Shown piece after piece: positions 23,295 to 31,052 of a stretch of DNA of 32,000 nt. This DNA comes from Lachnospiraceae bacterium. GTDB lineage: Bacteria > Bacillota > Clostridia > Lachnospirales > Lachnospiraceae. Under the pieces are notes generated by a model that saw only the letters and a program-made list of their open reading frames with translations, did not search any database and was not told the DNA's origin. The first letter of the stretch is position 1. Every line of letters begins with the position of its first letter. The stretch is taken from contig JAFRSU010000038.1 of the NCBI GenBank assembly GCA_017427415.1, forward strand, positions 80,717-112,716, in the 5' to 3' direction. Made by a program: the position numbers and the translations under genes.

Positions 23295-24407
23295 TTAGTG
23301 AGTGATAACCTGCTCTGTTTCCTTATCAAAGATATGAAGCTTTGAAAGATCCATAGCAACTCTGATCTGGTCGCCGGGACGAGCGGTTGTACGAGGATTA
23401 ACACGAGCGGTGATCTCGTAGTTATCAACATCCAGGTAAAGGAATACTTCGGCACCGAGAAGCTCGTATACACGAACGGTAACTTCAACAACGCTCTCAG
23501 GTGAATTGCTGATGAACATCTCCTCATCCTTGATATCCTCAGGACGGATACCGAGAACAACGGTCTTTCCTTCATAACCTGCATCGATAAGCTTCTTAGC
23601 CTTGATCTCAGGAATGGTGATGGTTGTTGAACCAAATGTAAGAGTAACCTTGTTGCCTTCACGACCAACGATGGAGTTGATGAAGTTCATCTGAGGTGAT
23701 CCCATGAAACCTGCAACGAAGAGGTTGTTAGGAGCATCATAAAGGTTCTGAGGTGTATCAACCTGCTGGATAACACCGTCCTTCATAACTACGATACGGG
23801 TACCAAGGGTCATAGCCTCTGTCTGGTCATGGGTAACGTAGATGATGGTTGTTTCAAGTCTCTGGTGAAGTTTTGAGATCTCGATACGCATCTGTACACG
23901 AAGCTTAGCATCAAGGTTTGAAAGAGGCTCGTCCATAAGGAATACCTTAGGGTTACGAACGATAGCACGACCCATGGCAACACGCTGACGCTGTCCACCG
24001 GAAAGAGCCTTGGGCTTACGATCGAGAAGGTGCTCGATGTCAAGGATCTTAGCTGCTTCATGAACTAATTTATCGATTTCAGCCTTAGGAGTCTTACGAA
24101 GCTTAAGACCGAATGCCATATTGTCATATACTGACATATGAGGATACAGAGCGTAGTTCTGGAATACCATCGCGATATCCCTGTCCTTAGGCTCTACATC
24201 GTTAACGAGCTTGTCACCGATCCAAAGTTCGCCCTGTGAAATCTCCTCAAGACCTGCGATCATACGAAGAGTAGTTGTCTTACCACATCCTGAAGGACCA
24301 ACGAAGATGATGAACTCCTTATCTTCGATCTCAAGGTTGAAGTCCTTAACTGCTACGAAGCCGTTAGGGTAAACCTTCTGAATGTTCTTAAGTGATAAAC
24401 CTGCCAT
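23295..24407 (-). CDS. Sugar ABC transporter ATP-binding protein, MalK/MsmK/MsmX/UgpC type
   Basis: Walker A GPSGCGKTT, signature LSGGQRQRVA, Walker B FLMDEPLSNLD, and a C-terminal TOBE-like regulatory domain. SD GGGAGG precedes the start. Confidence 0.92.
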   Translation of the reverse strand: MAGLSLKNIQKVYPNGFVAVKDFNLEIEDKEFIIFVGPSGCGKTTTLRMIAGLEEISQGELWIGDKLVNDVEPKDRDIAMVFQNYALYPHMSVYDNMAFGLKLRKTPKAEIDKLVHEAAKILDIEHLLDRKPKALSGGQRQRVAMGRAIVRNPKVFLMDEPLSNLDAKLRVQMRIEISKLHQRLETTIIYVTHDQTEAMTLGTRIVVMKDGVIQQVDTPQNLYDAPNNLFVAGFMGSPQMNFINSIVGREGNKVTLTFGSTTITIPEIKAKKLIDAGYEGKTVVLGIRPEDIKDEEMFISNSPESVVEVTVRVYELLGAEVFLYLDVDNYEITARVNPRTTARPGDQIRVAMDLSKLHIFDKETEQVITH

Positions 24408-24519
24408 TTTAAATCCTCCCTAAATAAAGTTCTGGTTTTTCATTCAATTTTATTATGTGCGCCTTAAGCGCCTACCCGTTTATTATACACGGATATGGTC
24501 TTAAATGCTATGTGTGATT

Positions 24520-24549
24520 TTACCAAAAGTCAGTCCTCATTTTTGGTAA
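24520..24549 (-). terminator. AT-rich hairpin downstream of the 146-aa gene (weak terminator candidate)
   Basis: The 9-bp stem is TTACCAAAA/TTTTGGTAA with a 12-nt loop. There is no clean U-tract. Confidence 0.25.
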
Positions 24550-24571
24550 TAATGACTAAAAAGCGTCATTC

Positions 24572-25012
24572 TCACTCCCCCGGTATCACATAAAGCACGG
24601 TTTTCTCGGAAGCTACAACGCCTGACATGTTGTCAGGCACAAGGATCTGGCTGTATGCGGGGATCCCGGAACTCTCCTTTAACACTGAGGAAGATGACAG
24701 GTCGAGCAGATTCCCGACCGCAGTGCATTTCCCGGAATAAAGCACGATCACACCGCCCTCTCCGGGCATAAAGCGTTCCCCACGGGCAAGCTCCGTCTTT
24801 TTATATCCGGAAGAAAGCTCAGGCTGAACGGAAGTACTGCCCTGTCCCGCACCATTAAGCTGTTCTAAGCGGTACTCAAGATAACTTAATGACACCACCG
24901 GATCGTTCTGTGAACCGGCGCCGTTAGAGGCTGCCCCTACATATACCCCGCCGCCGAACAGGATACATGCTGCCACAGTCACTGCTATTATCATTATTAT
25001 TTTCTTCTTCAT
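24572..25012 (-). CDS. Hypothetical membrane-anchored protein (146 aa)
   Basis: N-terminal TM segment IIMIIAVTVAACILFGGGVYV, and SD AAGGAG before the ATG. I recognised no family. Confidence 0.55.
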   Translation of the reverse strand: MKKKIIMIIAVTVAACILFGGGVYVGAASNGAGSQNDPVVSLSYLEYRLEQLNGAGQGSTSVQPELSSGYKKTELARGERFMPGEGGVIVLYSGKCTAVGNLLDLSSSSVLKESSGIPAYSQILVPDNMSGVVASEKTVLYVIPGE

Positions 25013-25052
25013 CCTAAGCTCCTTTTCCTGCCATGTCCTTACCCAGTCCTGG

Positions 25053-25122
25053 TTTACAATCTATGCTTTATAAGCTGCGCTTTACAATCTGTGTTTTACA
25101 ATCTATGTTCTACCATCTGTGC
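25053..25122. repeat. Tandem array of five 14-bp units
   Basis: Plus-strand units: tttacaatctatgc, tttataagctgcgc, tttacaatctgtgt, tttacaatctatgt, tctaccatctgtgc. They are contiguous and fill most of the gap between the two orphan genes. Confidence 0.9.
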
Positions 25123-25129
25123 TTCAAAG

Positions 25130-25906
25130 TCACTGCAACAGCTCCCCGAGTATCTCCCAGGTCTTTGCGATATCTATGAAGCAGCTTTCATTGTGCTTTA
25201 TCACCGGTGCCTCATATACCTTTATATCCGTATCCTTTAGATACCCTGCATACTCTTTATATGCCGCTTTTTCGTCTTCTCTCATGTCGGTATCTTCACC
25301 GGTCTCTAAACAAAAGAGCTCTTTTACTCCCAAAGCGGTGATCCGTTCTATCTTAAGCTCCGCGCCGCCGCTATCAGCTGTATATACGGCATAATGATCG
25401 ATCGGGGTGCCGAGCATCTCTCCCGCTATCTTCTTTCCTGCATCAAATGCGGCAGCTGTCCCGTAATAGCTGTATAATTCGCTAAATCTTACCGTCTGCG
25501 GCACCAGTACGTTCCCATTGGCAAGCGCCCTGTACAGGCTCCCCGTCATGGTATATGTGATGTCCGGATCAAGATATATAAAAGACACCTTCATGCTCAC
25601 GGTATCAAATACTTCAAGCACCAGCTTCTCCACCTTGCCCGACTCATAATCCATAAGATATATAAGAAAAAGCGGTCTTAGATTGGAAGCCGCACTCCCT
25701 GCAGTTCCGTTTATAAGCTTTTCCGTCAGATCCTCTTCCACGCCTTTAGGTTTAAAAAGACCGGCCTTTTCCGCATTCTGCTCGGCTTCCCTTGTTATGC
25801 TGCCCGCTATCAGCCTTACTCCCTTATATGCTGCTAAGCTCACAAGCAGGCACAAGGAGACTGCGGCAAATATAAGCCATATTTTATTCTTTTTCTTTCC
25901 GGCCAT
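25130..25906 (-). CDS. Hypothetical membrane-anchored protein (258 aa). It has a weak, unverified resemblance to the LytR-CpsA-Psr fold.
   Basis: N-terminal TM segment IWLIFAAVSLCLLVSLAAY. The ATG at 25906 has a G-rich SD, and the track start at 25939 would overlap the divergent promoter. The segment SFIYLDPDITY...LGTPIDHYAV loosely recalls LCP proteins but lacks their Arg motifs. Confidence 0.5.
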   Translation of the reverse strand: MAGKKKNKIWLIFAAVSLCLLVSLAAYKGVRLIAGSITREAEQNAEKAGLFKPKGVEEDLTEKLINGTAGSAASNLRPLFLIYLMDYESGKVEKLVLEVFDTVSMKVSFIYLDPDITYTMTGSLYRALANGNVLVPQTVRFSELYSYYGTAAAFDAGKKIAGEMLGTPIDHYAVYTADSGGAELKIERITALGVKELFCLETGEDTDMREDEKAAYKEYAGYLKDTDIKVYEAPVIKHNESCFIDIAKTWEILGELLQ

Positions 25907-25932
25907 ATGGCAGCCCCCTTCCCAAATACAGA

Positions 25933-25961
25933 TTGACATTATCCCCGTACTACTCTATATT
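25933..25961 (+). promoter_or_regulatory. Putative SigA-type promoter for the SDR gene
   Basis: TTGACA (25933-25938), a 17-nt spacer, then TATATT (25956-25961), about 100 nt upstream of the ATG at 26066. Confidence 0.5.
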
Positions 25962-26065
25962 AGATATATCTTAAGATCACTTTCTCTGCATGATATATGC
26001 GAAAAATGAACCATACCTACGTCATAGACATTGAAAGTATTCAGTAACTTCGAAAGGAAATATCC

Positions 26066-26872
26066 ATGATAAAGACAGCCATCATCACAGGCGCCTCCCG
26101 AGGTATAGGAAGAGCCATCGCCGTAAAATTCGCATCCGAAGGATATAACGTAGTCCTCAATTCAAAAAACGGCGGCGAAAACCTCGAAAACACTCTAAGA
26201 TTTTGCCGCAGTGCATGGGATACCTATATTTTAAGTCATCCCGAATTTTCCGATCCCGGCTCCGGACACGTCCTTGCAGTTAAAGGAGACGTATCAGACT
26301 CTTCTTTTGTTAAGGAGCTGGTAAATACTGCCATAACCTCCTTCGGCCGCATAGATGTCCTTATAAACAACGCAGGCATCTCCTACATCGGTCTCATCCA
26401 GGATACTGCAGATGATATCTGGCAGAATGTGATAAATACCAACCTGTCCTCCGTACATTACTGCACCCGCGAGGTCATCCCCCACATGTTAAAGAACCGC
26501 CCGGAAAACGCAGCCTCTGCAGAGCCTGTAGAAGCCGGCCGCATCATAAACATATCCTCCGTATGGGGAGATGCCGGTGCATCCTGCGAAGCGGCCTACT
26601 CGGCATCAAAGGGCGGTGTAAATGCTTATACAAAAGCCTGTGCAAAGGAGCTTGCCCCCTCAGGTATCTCAGTAAATGCCGTTGCCTGCGGTTTTGTAGA
26701 TACGGACATGAATTCCCATCTTACAAAAGAAGAACGTCTTTCTGTAATTGAGCAGATACCCGCATCCCGCGCCGCTTCACCGGACGAGATTGCCGATATC
26801 ATATATCATATCGCAGAAATGCCCGTATACCTTACAGGTCAGATCATAACTGCAGACGGCGGATGGATCTGA
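26066..26872 (+). CDS. Short-chain dehydrogenase/reductase (FabG-like)
   Basis: Cofactor motif TGASRGIGRAIA, NNAG, catalytic YSASK, and NAVACGFVDTDM. There are two apparent insertions relative to a typical FabG-like SDR, as I recall that family (around RSAWDTYILSHPEFSDPGSGH and NRPENAASAEPVEA). Confidence 0.88.
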   Translation: MIKTAIITGASRGIGRAIAVKFASEGYNVVLNSKNGGENLENTLRFCRSAWDTYILSHPEFSDPGSGHVLAVKGDVSDSSFVKELVNTAITSFGRIDVLINNAGISYIGLIQDTADDIWQNVINTNLSSVHYCTREVIPHMLKNRPENAASAEPVEAGRIINISSVWGDAGASCEAAYSASKGGVNAYTKACAKELAPSGISVNAVACGFVDTDMNSHLTKEERLSVIEQIPASRAASPDEIADIIYHIAEMPVYLTGQIITADGGWI

Positions 26873-26910
26873 GAAGGGAATTTTTGTCATTCTGAGCGCA
26901 GCGAAGAATC

Positions 26911-28275
26911 TTACTCACTCTTCTTGCTGTCTATAAGTCTTGCTATAAGCTTTGCCACCTTTTCGGAAGCCTTGCCGTCCTCGATGATACCTATATCGTC
27001 GAAGAATTCCTTTTGCTTTTTCTTATAGCCTTCACGGTCATATTCGTTAATATTGTCATAAAGCTCCCTCTCATTATGTGCTATCGGGAAGGGAAGCTTC
27101 TCATAATCATAATACATGCCTCTGGTATCATTATACTGCTCCACATCGGTAGCATATAAAAACACCGGCTTTCCGACATAAGACATCTCAAACATACAGT
27201 TTGAATAATCTGTTATCAGCACATCACATGCCGCCATCATCGCATACAGGTCACTGAATTCGTTACCGTCTATGATACGTTCCTTTTCATCAAACTGAAG
27301 ATATGCACTGCTTATATGATTTACCCTCGACATAGCTAAGGGGTGGAAACGTGTCACTACCACGAACTTGCCGCCGAAACGGTTCTCTAACGCACTGATG
27401 ATACTTCCGCCTATCTCGTTGCCCCTGGCCTGTACTTCCGAGACGGAGTCCCTGTAGGTAGGTGCATAAAGTGCTATATTGATCCTTAAGTTATCCTTCT
27501 GTTCCTCACCGGGCTTTGTTCCCTGTTCCTTGGCCTTAAAGGCCTTTATATATGCTTCATTGAGCAGTCTTCTGAATACGGATTCCGGAAGTCTTGAGAG
27601 AAGCTTTTCCCTCATGGCTCCCGCACTGAACCTGACAGGGCGGATAAGCGGATCCATCCTAGCAGTACCGAAACAGAATATCTTCTTCTTAAATCCGAAC
27701 GCACGTCTGTACAGCTCGTTACAGTATTCACTGTTGGAGATATAGATATCGGTCATCCCGGTATCCCTTAACGCATTCCTGATATACTCGGGAGAGAGAT
27801 ACTCCTTGCAGTCCAGTTCAAGCATCTTTAACGGCAGACCGCCGTGCCAGGTCTGAATATATATCTGGTTCTTTCTTTTCTGGATATAGCTTTCCTTACG
27901 GTTGCAGTCCACCCATATGCCGGCTGTAGCCTGTGCATATATGGCTGACTTGGAATTGGTCTTTAAAAAAGTGATGCACTCCGCATCCTCGTTTATCTCC
28001 TCTTTTAAGGGCGGCTTGCTGGTTACAAATATCACCTTTTCCGCAATGGCTGCCTTAGAAAGACCCGCTCTTTTTAAGAGCCTGACATAGCTTTCGGCTA
28101 CCCACTTGGGGTTATCTCCGTATCCCCAGACATTGCAGAATACAACCTTATCTTTTTCTACGGGAAAAAGACTGAAAAACTTAAACTCTTTTTCTATCAC
28201 GTCCTCGCGAAGAGTCCGGTACTTCTGGACAGCACCTTCAGGTGCCATTTTCTTCATATCATTTCTTATACTCAA
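26911..28275 (-). CDS. CDP-glycerol glycerophosphotransferase family protein (TagB/TagF type)
   Basis: Motifs IQTWHGGLPLK, LYAPTYRD and LITDYSNCMFEMSYVGKPVFLY. The start is uncertain: the TTG at 28275 has GGGGGG 7 nt upstream, and alternative ATGs lie at 28257 and 28248. Confidence 0.88.
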   Translation of the reverse strand: MSIRNDMKKMAPEGAVQKYRTLREDVIEKEFKFFSLFPVEKDKVVFCNVWGYGDNPKWVAESYVRLLKRAGLSKAAIAEKVIFVTSKPPLKEEINEDAECITFLKTNSKSAIYAQATAGIWVDCNRKESYIQKRKNQIYIQTWHGGLPLKMLELDCKEYLSPEYIRNALRDTGMTDIYISNSEYCNELYRRAFGFKKKIFCFGTARMDPLIRPVRFSAGAMREKLLSRLPESVFRRLLNEAYIKAFKAKEQGTKPGEEQKDNLRINIALYAPTYRDSVSEVQARGNEIGGSIISALENRFGGKFVVVTRFHPLAMSRVNHISSAYLQFDEKERIIDGNEFSDLYAMMAACDVLITDYSNCMFEMSYVGKPVFLYATDVEQYNDTRGMYYDYEKLPFPIAHNERELYDNINEYDREGYKKKQKEFFDDIGIIEDGKASEKVAKLIARLIDSKKSE

Positions 28276-28385
28276 TTCATTACCCCCCGGTAATCCCCTT
28301 ACATATCCTTATAAACTTTTTGCTCCCTTATCTTTATCCGCTGATATATTTAATGCCGTACTGCGATCATCTTAACCGGCTGTAC

Positions 28386-29675
28386 CTAATCCTGCTTCTG
28401 TCTTACCAGGCTTTTTAATATACTTGAAAACTTCTTCCCCGTTCTCTCCCAGCTTAAAAGAGATAGTTTTTCGGCCGCTTTTTCCGTCATTAAAGCCAGT
28501 TTTTCCGGCTCATCCATGGCGGAAAGTACCAGGTCCGCGATATCCTTTTCTCCCACTTTAGTCAGAAGTGCCGTATCCTCCCCGAAGAAATACGGATAGC
28601 TTCCGTCCCCGAACTCTATCACGGGAAGTCCTGCCGAATGCATCTCGTATGGCACAAGGGATATATTGCTCATAGAAGCTACCATGCCGAAGTCGGCTTT
28701 TTTGTACAGCTCGTTTATCTCCCCATGACTTAGCTGTCCGAGGTTTTTCCCGCCTGCTGCCTTAAAGGTCTTCGCCTCACCGAAGTAGAGGACCTCTAAA
28801 CTTATCCCTTTTTCTTTTAATTTTTCAGCAGTATTTATCAGCATGTACGGTATAAGGTCCGGCAGACGCTTCCCGTAAAACTTGAGATACACCGCTATGG
28901 TCAGTTTTTTCTTATCCTTATATGATGAGAAGTCCCTCTTTACATATTCATAAGCACTCCCGTCATAAGGGAAGCTTACCACATCTATCTTTAATGCGGG
29001 CAAAGCAAAGTCTTCAGGGTTCCTTGCTTTTGCAGGACTTCCCTGTACAGTCCTCATACGGTTCCCCGTTAACGCCCCGCAGTCCCTTAGGATCATATCC
29101 TTGTTCCATGCCCCTAAAGATACCATATGCAGTCCCTGCATATATGTGTCACGTGCAAGCAGGTATTCCTCTCCGAACTTGTAAAAGAGAGGCTCATAAT
29201 CCTGTATAAAATACATAAGATAGGAATCCTCGAATTTCTTTGCAAAGGATACCGTATCATACGATGAAGCCACCACCACATCGGGAGCTTTTATCTTACC
29301 CTTCTTTATGGCTGCCATATATCTGTTTAAAGGGAATACCCTGCCTTTATAATCAGGGAGATTGGACTTGGCACACAGGTCCATTTCCTCTTCCGACTGC
29401 TCCTTACATACAAGATAGCATACCTTGTACCCGAGCTTTTCGAGCTCACTGCCCAGATGCAGTATGGAGGTCTGCCCTCCGTGAAATCTCACGAGTCTGG
29501 TAATGATAAATGTGACCGTCCGTACTCTCTCAGGCTTTTTTAGAACCACCCGGCTCGGATCGTAATTGTCAAGGAGCCCTTTGAGCTTGACACATTCGGC
29601 CTTGTGAGCCATATTGTGCATGAGACTTAAGGTTTTTCTTTTTGTTTCACGTATGAACGCTTCATTTTTGCTCAT
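28386..29675 (-). CDS. GT-B fold glycosyltransferase (GT4/WsaF-like)
   Basis: The N-terminal half has FHGGQTSILHLGSELEKLGYKV. The C-terminal half has NISLVPYEMHSAGLPVIEF, typical of group-1 glycosyltransferases. SD AAGGAG precedes the start. Confidence 0.65.
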   Translation of the reverse strand: MSKNEAFIRETKRKTLSLMHNMAHKAECVKLKGLLDNYDPSRVVLKKPERVRTVTFIITRLVRFHGGQTSILHLGSELEKLGYKVCYLVCKEQSEEEMDLCAKSNLPDYKGRVFPLNRYMAAIKKGKIKAPDVVVASSYDTVSFAKKFEDSYLMYFIQDYEPLFYKFGEEYLLARDTYMQGLHMVSLGAWNKDMILRDCGALTGNRMRTVQGSPAKARNPEDFALPALKIDVVSFPYDGSAYEYVKRDFSSYKDKKKLTIAVYLKFYGKRLPDLIPYMLINTAEKLKEKGISLEVLYFGEAKTFKAAGGKNLGQLSHGEINELYKKADFGMVASMSNISLVPYEMHSAGLPVIEFGDGSYPYFFGEDTALLTKVGEKDIADLVLSAMDEPEKLALMTEKAAEKLSLLSWERTGKKFSSILKSLVRQKQD

Positions 29676-29700
29676 AGCATACTCCTTTCCCAGGTTTTAT

Positions 29701-29791
29701 GCCTTCCCCTCGAGGGGATATATCGACATGCGTAGCATGTTGATGCCCTCCCTGGCGAAGGGAAGGTGGCGCGAAGCGCCGGATGAGGTGT
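29701..29791. repeat. Expanded copy of the structured intergenic repeat with a nested extra hairpin
   Basis: GCCTTCCCCTCGAGGGGA, then the hairpin ATCGACATG-CGTAG-CATGTTGAT (29722-29744), GGGAAGG (29760-29766, complementary to CCTTCCC at 29702-29708), the hairpin GGCGC-GAA-GCGCC (29768-29780), and GGATGAGGTGT (29781-29791). Confidence 0.85.
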
Positions 29792-29792
29792 A

Positions 29793-31052
29793 TCACAGCC
29801 CCAGATGTTTAGCTATGACATCAAGTGCCCTTTCACTTACATGTCCGTCATCGTACTTATTATGTTCCTTCTTAAATGCCCTTATCTTATCAAGGCACTC
29901 CGTACTCCTGCCTTCAAAGTTATCCTTTATATCCCTTATGAGTTCATCCTCATCAAGCGATATCGGTCCGGGAGCCAGCTGCTCAAAGTCCGTATAAAAG
30001 CCTCTTAAGATATCCCTGTAATTCTCCAGGTCATAGCAGAAGAAAAATATCGGACGCTCAAGTACAGAATAATCAAATATAAGGGAAGAATAATCCGTTA
30101 TGACACCGTCCGACTCCAGATACAGGTCGTTAATATCGATCTCGTTGCCGCATATCCTTACAAATCCGCTGTCAATAACGCTCTGCGGTATATCACCTTT
30201 ATTTATACGCACCAGATAGTGCAGTTTGAGCACTATGGTATACTCATCTCCGAGTGCTTTTTCAAGCTTAACAAAATCAGGACGTGAAGGCACCTTATAA
30301 AATCCGTTTCCAAGATACTCATCATCACGCCAGGTAGGTGCGTATACAAGTATCTTCTTCTTCCCCGGGAAATAAGCCCTTTCCTTTTTATCCTGCCCGG
30401 CTTCGTTCGCCATATCTGTCCCGATAATACCTTTATCCTTACCGAGACCTTCCCTCACAAGCTTATCCGTCCTCGGATAACCTATCTTAAGCACAGTATT
30501 CTTAAATCCGAACGCCCCGGCCGAGATAGCCTCGCTGTAGTCATTCTGGACTATCAGATAATCCCACTTGGCCGACTCTTTTATAAAGGACTGTGCATAT
30601 TCATCACGATCCCTGTTTTCCCCCGCCATATTGAACTGGATCATATCAAGTCCGAGTTTTTTAAGCTGGGTCCCGTGCCATGTCATAAAATAAAGTGCGC
30701 CCTTACGCTTTACAAGGTACGGCTCCTGACGGGTATCGAATATCCAGATACCGGACGTTGCCATATGAAAATAATACTTAAGACCTCCGTATCGAACTGC
30801 CTTGCATCCCTTAGGCAACAGCGATTCTCCGTATTTCTTTACCATATCGAAATACTCACCGTTAAAGGCCCAGATCTTTTTCTTTTTGTCGAATCTGGCA
30901 TCCTTTAGCATATCCTCATATATGGCCCTGGTATTTCCGGAATAATTCCTTCCCATGTTGCTCATGAACATCACTTTATTCATGCTCAAAGGAAGTATCC
31001 TTGCCATAATGTGATATATAAAAATCAGTATCTTTTTTACAAATTTTTTCAT
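29793..31052 (-). CDS. CDP-glycerol glycerophosphotransferase family protein (TagB/TagF type)
   Basis: Motifs MTWHGTQLKKLG, VYAPTWRDDEY and VITDYSSLIFDYSVLERPIFFF. Its ATG overlaps the upstream stop (ATGA). Confidence 0.9.
   Translation of the reverse strand: MKKFVKKILIFIYHIMARILPLSMNKVMFMSNMGRNYSGNTRAIYEDMLKDARFDKKKKIWAFNGEYFDMVKKYGESLLPKGCKAVRYGGLKYYFHMATSGIWIFDTRQEPYLVKRKGALYFMTWHGTQLKKLGLDMIQFNMAGENRDRDEYAQSFIKESAKWDYLIVQNDYSEAISAGAFGFKNTVLKIGYPRTDKLVREGLGKDKGIIGTDMANEAGQDKKERAYFPGKKKILVYAPTWRDDEYLGNGFYKVPSRPDFVKLEKALGDEYTIVLKLHYLVRINKGDIPQSVIDSGFVRICGNEIDINDLYLESDGVITDYSSLIFDYSVLERPIFFFCYDLENYRDILRGFYTDFEQLAPGPISLDEDELIRDIKDNFEGRSTECLDKIRAFKKEHNKYDDGHVSERALDVIAKHLGL

Noticed and set aside
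23165-23668. A 167-aa minus-strand ORF overlapping the 3-prime end of the ABC ATPase gene and running through its terminator and the lipoprotein promoter.
   Set aside because: It is an alternative frame of a strongly supported gene and crosses a strong terminator hairpin. It has no motifs or SD sequence.
25053-25122. The 14-bp tandem array considered as a CRISPR array.
   Set aside because: The units are contiguous with no spacers, far shorter than CRISPR repeats, and there are no cas genes in the window.
26886-26910. GTCATTCTGAGCGCAGCGAAGAATC between the convergent SDR and TagF stops. It looked like another repeat family or a bidirectional terminator.
   Set aside because: There is only one copy in the window. 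The stem is weak (5 bp plus an internal mismatch) and has no flanking T-tracts. I cannot support it as a repeat or a terminator from this sequence alone.
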